A stretch of DNA of 54,053 bases, the filler included, from Sphacelaria rigidula (Eukaryota), in the NCBI GenBank assembly GCA_964200075.2. It is 3 parts of 3 records of this genome, joined end to end, with 100 filler letters (N's around TTAATTAATTAA, not from the genome) between each part and the next. Parts side by side here need not be neighbours in the genome. Positions count along the whole stretch, not along the records: positions 36,105 to 54,053 come from CAXNAA020000957.1; 2 more parts are not named here. The stretch is one strand, 5' to 3'. Each line of letters starts with the position of its first letter. Positions within the stretch are counted from its first letter, which is position 1. The notes beneath the pieces are model-generated. The model searched no databases and was not told the DNA's origin. It saw only the letters and a program-made list of their open reading frames with translations. The translations under genes and the position numbers were made by a program. Of the stretch, positions 49,363 through 54,053 are shown piece by piece.

Positions 49363-50371
49363 AATATTCTAGAAGCAAGCGAAAGCAGCCAACTGGTTCA
49401 TTTCAAGTGTGCTGTCGGTATTGCTTACTCCATCCCCCCGCCCCCCCCCCTCCCCCATTCATTATTTGAGATACACAGTAAGCTTCCCTCGTCCCTTTCT
49501 CACCTACTTGATTTCCTGTATTTTGGTCTTTCGAAAAGTTTCGTATGATTGGTACAGAATTGAGCGCATTATACACTTCGCTCCCTTTCTCTCACTTCTC
49601 TCTCACCCTCTCTTTTTGCCACAGCATGATCAGCATGATCCATATGATATGTGCAGCGCACGTGTAGTGACGGAGACAACCCCGAAAGGATGTGAACAAA
49701 ACATGACGTCCGCGTTCCTGCTTTCCAGCGGTAATATGAAACGAGATTCTAACTGTAAAGTACGGTGCCGCAGAGGGTGTTACGGTTATGGTGTAACTTG
49801 CCTATGTTGAATAAAGGAGATACATGTTTTTTTGTGACTCCGGCAACTACTGCAAGTGCTGTGGATGTATACGTTTTCTTTCTGGGTACTGTGGGGTGAG
49901 AGGTTGTCGGGGGTGGGGGGGTAGTTGCGTATCGCGACGTGATGCTCAGCCGCATTATTGGGTTCTGTAAATAGAATGAGGGCAGTATCAAAACGGCTAG
50001 CGTTGCCGGGGCGAAGCTGAGCACGGAAGGGCAACGTTTGCCGTGTACAGCTCCTCGTCTCTTTCAGATTTTGGTGCCTGGGCCGTGGTGGGCGTAGGGT
50101 GTGTATATGTTGGTTGCGATCGTGGCAAAGTCTAAACTGATACATTGATTCTTTCGTCGTCCACACCGAACAAGATAATGGTAATATTAATAGTAGTGGT
50201 CCCCGCACCTCTACCGCTGCCCGTCATAATCTGCGATGTACCTGCGTGTTGTTATTTTTGTAGTATATTTCCCCTCAATCACTCCGATAGCACACGGAAG
50301 CATACGCGCGTGCGATTTCTACTCTTTAGGCTTGGGTTTCGTGTTTAGGGTTGGTCCTTTACTGTTTTTAG

Positions 50372-52440
50372 ATCTCCGTAGTGCTGTGTACCGAGATACA
50401 GTAAGTGCGTTTTGGGCCGTGCAGTAATAGCTCATGACTTGTTAACTTGTCGGGAATGCCGTTGTCTCTTTGTTTCCATGTCTGTCTGTGAAGTGGCTGT
50501 GAAGGCCCGTTTACTTTGCCTCACGATGATGCGTTTGGAGCACATGTAGAGCGAGGTGACTTATGAGAGTAATTACGCCCCCGGCCGTAACTTACGAGGA
50601 AATACACCCCCTTGCTTCTCTCGCGTGTTCGCGCAACTGCTCGAGGAATAGTTGTGTTTGAATTTTTCTTTTTCTTTTTACGTTCAGTCAAATCATGTGG
50701 CGTCGGTTTCTTCTGCGGAAACCAGTGAGTGGTCGTGTGGAGATTCTGTGGTTCTACTGATTTTATGGTGAGAATTTGATGTATTATTTTCGCTTGAAGA
50801 GGTGATGACTCCTGCTTCGATGAGCCCTTGGGTTATGTCCCACGTGCGGATTGTGGCGATGGATGTAGAATCCAAACAGGCACACATGGGGGCTCATCGT
50901 TGTGAAGATAATTTTATTCTGTTGGCCAGGTACTCGAAGAGACCCATTGCCTCTAGAGGTATTACTGAGTGAGCTGAATGAGGTAAGCAAGTTTCGAAGA
51001 ACGGGATTCCCTCGGAGAGCTCTTTCGCCGATGGCGAGCTTCTTGACCGAGCAGGCGCAAGGTGTCATCGTTTGTCTTCTCTCATGATATTGTTCTTATC
51101 TTACAAATTCGTTGTCGAGGCTCGTAGCGTCCCTCGCTCAGGAAGGGCACCGCTACTAGCCGCATGCTACCCGTAACGTTTTTTCGTGTTGTCCTTAGTG
51201 GTGCCTGTAACGCTGTGTTGTCTGTGTATGCCCATTTACGTGCTTTGCATGCTGCTAAAGGCCATTTGATATCAACCAAAGTTGTGTTGCTGTCTTGCGT
51301 AGTGCCAGCACACACAAGGCATGGTAACGAACTCGTGCATGGATGATGCGTGGTGTGTGTTTGCCTTGCAGTTTGAGGGAACACCGGCACGGGCGGTTGC
51401 CTTTGCCAATATTCCCACTAGCTTGCATGAATTCCTTGTTATCCGAGGGCTGGGGGGTGGTGAGATTGTGTGTGTTTTCCCTCTTGTGTGTCACTTTTTC
51501 CTTGTCTTCGACGAGTGTCTTTCTTGGTGGTATTTTGCGGTCAGTCGAATTAATTGTTTTGTCTGTTCGATTGTGTCCACGTGGCGTGGCGTCCAGAGAG
51601 AGGATTGGGGGAGGTGGGGGGGGGGGGGGGGGGGTGTTGACATGCTACTAGACTTGCAAACCGCGTGAGACGATTTAGTACTAATATACCCGCGGTCGCT
51701 CCCGATTTTCTTGGTATAATGGTCTTGCGTGGAACAGCAGGGAGATATGAAGAGGTCAGTTAGAGTTCAGCTGAGTTCTGTATTTGATCATTCAGAAAAT
51801 TGCGCGCGGATTTGATCTCTCTCAGTAGTAGAGCAGCTCAAATACGCTTGACTTGGCGACCATAGTGTAAGTATCATCTGATCCACGGGTCGCGTTTGTT
51901 TCACGCGGTGGATTGTTTTGATGAGATATATGGCTGTCTGGACATTTGACGAGAGACTCATGCTGCTGCCACGCTACCGTAGAACCCTGGGTAGCGGCGG
52001 CAGAACCAGATGGCCACAGATGCTCTGGCAGAAGCAACACAAGAGAAAAAATAACTATATGACGTCGTTTTCCCTCAAGCGTGAGTCGATGAGCTTCTTA
52101 TTATTTCCGAATGGCTCTCTTGGTGCCCTCGCTTGGTGCCCCCGCTTGACCTGAGTTGCCGAGCTTCTGGTTTCCATTTCGTTGTGTCGTAAAGGCATTT
52201 AGTTCTAAGTCTTTTCATCGTGTATTCGGTTGGATTGTGGGCGCGAGGACGACAGCGAATTTGTGTTGTAGGTGAAGGTGTTTACGCGTTGTAAACGAGG
52301 GATTGAAATGAGTTCAGGAGATCGAGCCGAACTAGATTGGACCATCCGTCTGCAGAAATGTGTTCAGCTCCTCTTCTGTAGACCCGGTGGACATGTTTCT
52401 GAATATAGAGCTTCATCTGGCGAGTGTACGATGAAGCTAC
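50372..52440 (+). other. Possible chain of small exons (50372-50400, 50688-50724, 50930-50982, 52272-~52440)
   Basis: Canonical AG/GTRAG borders with compatible phases and an open joined frame; no recognisable homology. Confidence 0.3.
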
Positions 52441-52504
52441 AGTACGTGGAATATCTTGATACTTTCTAGTCCCTCGTGTAGAAACAAGTGCTTGTCTTGT
52501 CTTT

Positions 52505-52715
52505 TTGTTCCGTCGCGTCGCACCGCTCCTGGCGGTGTTGTATTTGTTATGCGATGTTGGGTACATAGTTCCTTGATCTTTTCTTCTGTTCGTTGCGTTG
52601 CATCGCCCCTGGCGGTGTTGTATTCGTTGGGCAATGTCTGGTGCATCCTCGCTTGCTGCTTCTTTTATTTTTTTATATCGTCGCGTCGCACCGCTCCTGG
52701 CGGTGTTGTATTTAT
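52505..52715. repeat. Three ~85-bp degenerate tandem units
   Basis: cgtcgcgtcgcaccgctcctggcggtgttgtatt at ~52511, ~52591 (variant), ~52679. Confidence 0.85.
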
Positions 52716-53076
52716 TGGGCGATGTCGGGTGCATGTTCGATACTTTATTTTTCAATGTGTTTATATATCTCGAAGTAAAGCAGAAGCCAATCTTCATGTG
52801 TTGGCATGAAGTACGAAGGTGGAGTATGGCTCGCGAGTCTTGGTACTTACGGTGGGCGTCTTGTGCCGCTGCGTGCATGCGGTACAGTGCAGTACGGTGG
52901 TTGAAATGAACAGTTTTTGATGAAACGGGTTTTAGGAACTGGAAGATGGTACGCTCGTTGTGCTTTGATGATTGGATGTGCCTTGTCAGTGCCGCTCCAC
53001 ACGGATAGACTAGCCATATTATACGGTATATATTGACGTCTTCTGGCATCGACTGTTTACATATTGCACGGGCTGA

Positions 53077-53526
53077 GGCCCCTGCTTGTAACAGACGAAC
53101 ATAAACATCTGGAAAAGTACCTTGTTGGAACTTTCACGTCGTTTTACGCCTTAAAATAGAGCTAGGCGGAGTTTGACAGGAATGACTTGCTCTACTGGAT
53201 AAGGCGATTCCAGGACATTTTCCCGTTTACCGGTGGCCGCAGGTTTTGACCAAAAAAGTTTTCTTGTCCAAGAATGGTCAAATAAAGAAAAAATCGCCAT
53301 TTTCGTCTTGACTTGACCATTCTTACACAAAAATTCTTGTTTGGCCAAAATGAAAACTGCGGCCACCGGTAAACAGCAAGTTGTCCTGGAACCGTCTCGA
53401 CTAGTGGAGAAAGTCATTCCAAGCTGTCAAACTCCGCCTAGCTCTACTTTCGGGCGTGAAACGACGTGAAAGCTCCAAAAAAGCACTTTTCCAGATTTTC
53501 ATTTTTGTCTGTCATGAGCAGCGGCC
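53077..53526. mobile_element. 450-bp PIF/Harbinger (Tourist)-like foldback MITE
   Basis: TGA|GGCC...GGCC|TGA 3-bp TSD; nearly whole element palindromic. Confidence 0.8.
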
Positions 53527-54053
53527 TGAGGAGCAATCACGAGCAGATATTCAGTGCTTTTGGCCGTTGGACAGTTTTTCGTGAAGTTGATTTGGTTTGG
53601 CCGACACCTGCTCGTGCGGTGCGTAAGTACGACCCTGTACATGTCTTCAAGATACCTGTATTAATCCTTACAAGTTTCGTGTTGCACTTACCCAAGTACA
53701 GTAGTAAAAATTGCTTTTCAAGTGGTCGTATACTTCCGATCCTCTATCATCAGTCATACACATATTGTGTTGGCCTGACCCACAGTGTCCACTGACCTCC
53801 AACACGGTGCATACGTCGCCAGTTGAGTCTGACCCAAACAAGTGGGTCAGTCATCGACCAATGCAAGACACGAAATACATGACGCCGACCAATCGTGAAA
53901 AGTTCTCTCGTGCCGACAAGCACTGCGGCAAGGGCTTGCTCATGGCTGAAACTCGCACAACACCCATTTTCGTACACCAGGGCCAAATTTGGAGGTAGTG
54001 TACTCATGATCATGCGTGCCATAGTCATCAGACCATTGACCTCGCATCCCTAC

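Noticed and set aside
50325..50352. TTAGGG telomere-like words
   Set aside because: Only one or two degenerate units
52282..53049. 255-aa minus-strand ORF with internal repeats
   Set aside because: Mostly read-through of an 85-bp tandem repeat; no domain recognised

Overview
Eukaryotic, intron-rich and very repeat-rich DNA. The gene and transposon style suggests a brown alga or other stramenopile (inference). Two N-runs containing an artificial TTAATTAATTAA linker (17955-18054, 36005-36104) split the window into three contigs. Host genes: (i) a complete four-exon 60S ribosomal protein L18 (eL18) gene on the minus strand (27105-26808, 22807-22636, 22164-22062, 20062-20057; 192 aa), whose last coding exon is only Val+stop; (ii) the 3' part of a plus-strand multi-exon gene of unknown function, ending in a 1.85-kb exon (47509-49362) with an HQ repeat and an acidic/aromatic C-terminus; (iii) a possible micro-exon chain after 50.3 kb. 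Most other sequence is transposon-derived: the 3' end of an RTE-like LINE, a decayed chromodomain Ty3/gypsy element, a three-level nest of TIR elements whose core is a hAT with perfect TIRs/8-bp TSD and an intron-containing, internally deleted transposase, an internally deleted Ty1/copia element with both LTRs and a half-tRNA-type PBS, a tRNA-derived SINE head, and several MITE/foldback families. No clearly new biological system can be proven from sequence alone. The best leads are the unknown gene, the hairpin array at 29.5 kb and the modular hairpin-ended repeat at 1.9-3.4 kb.
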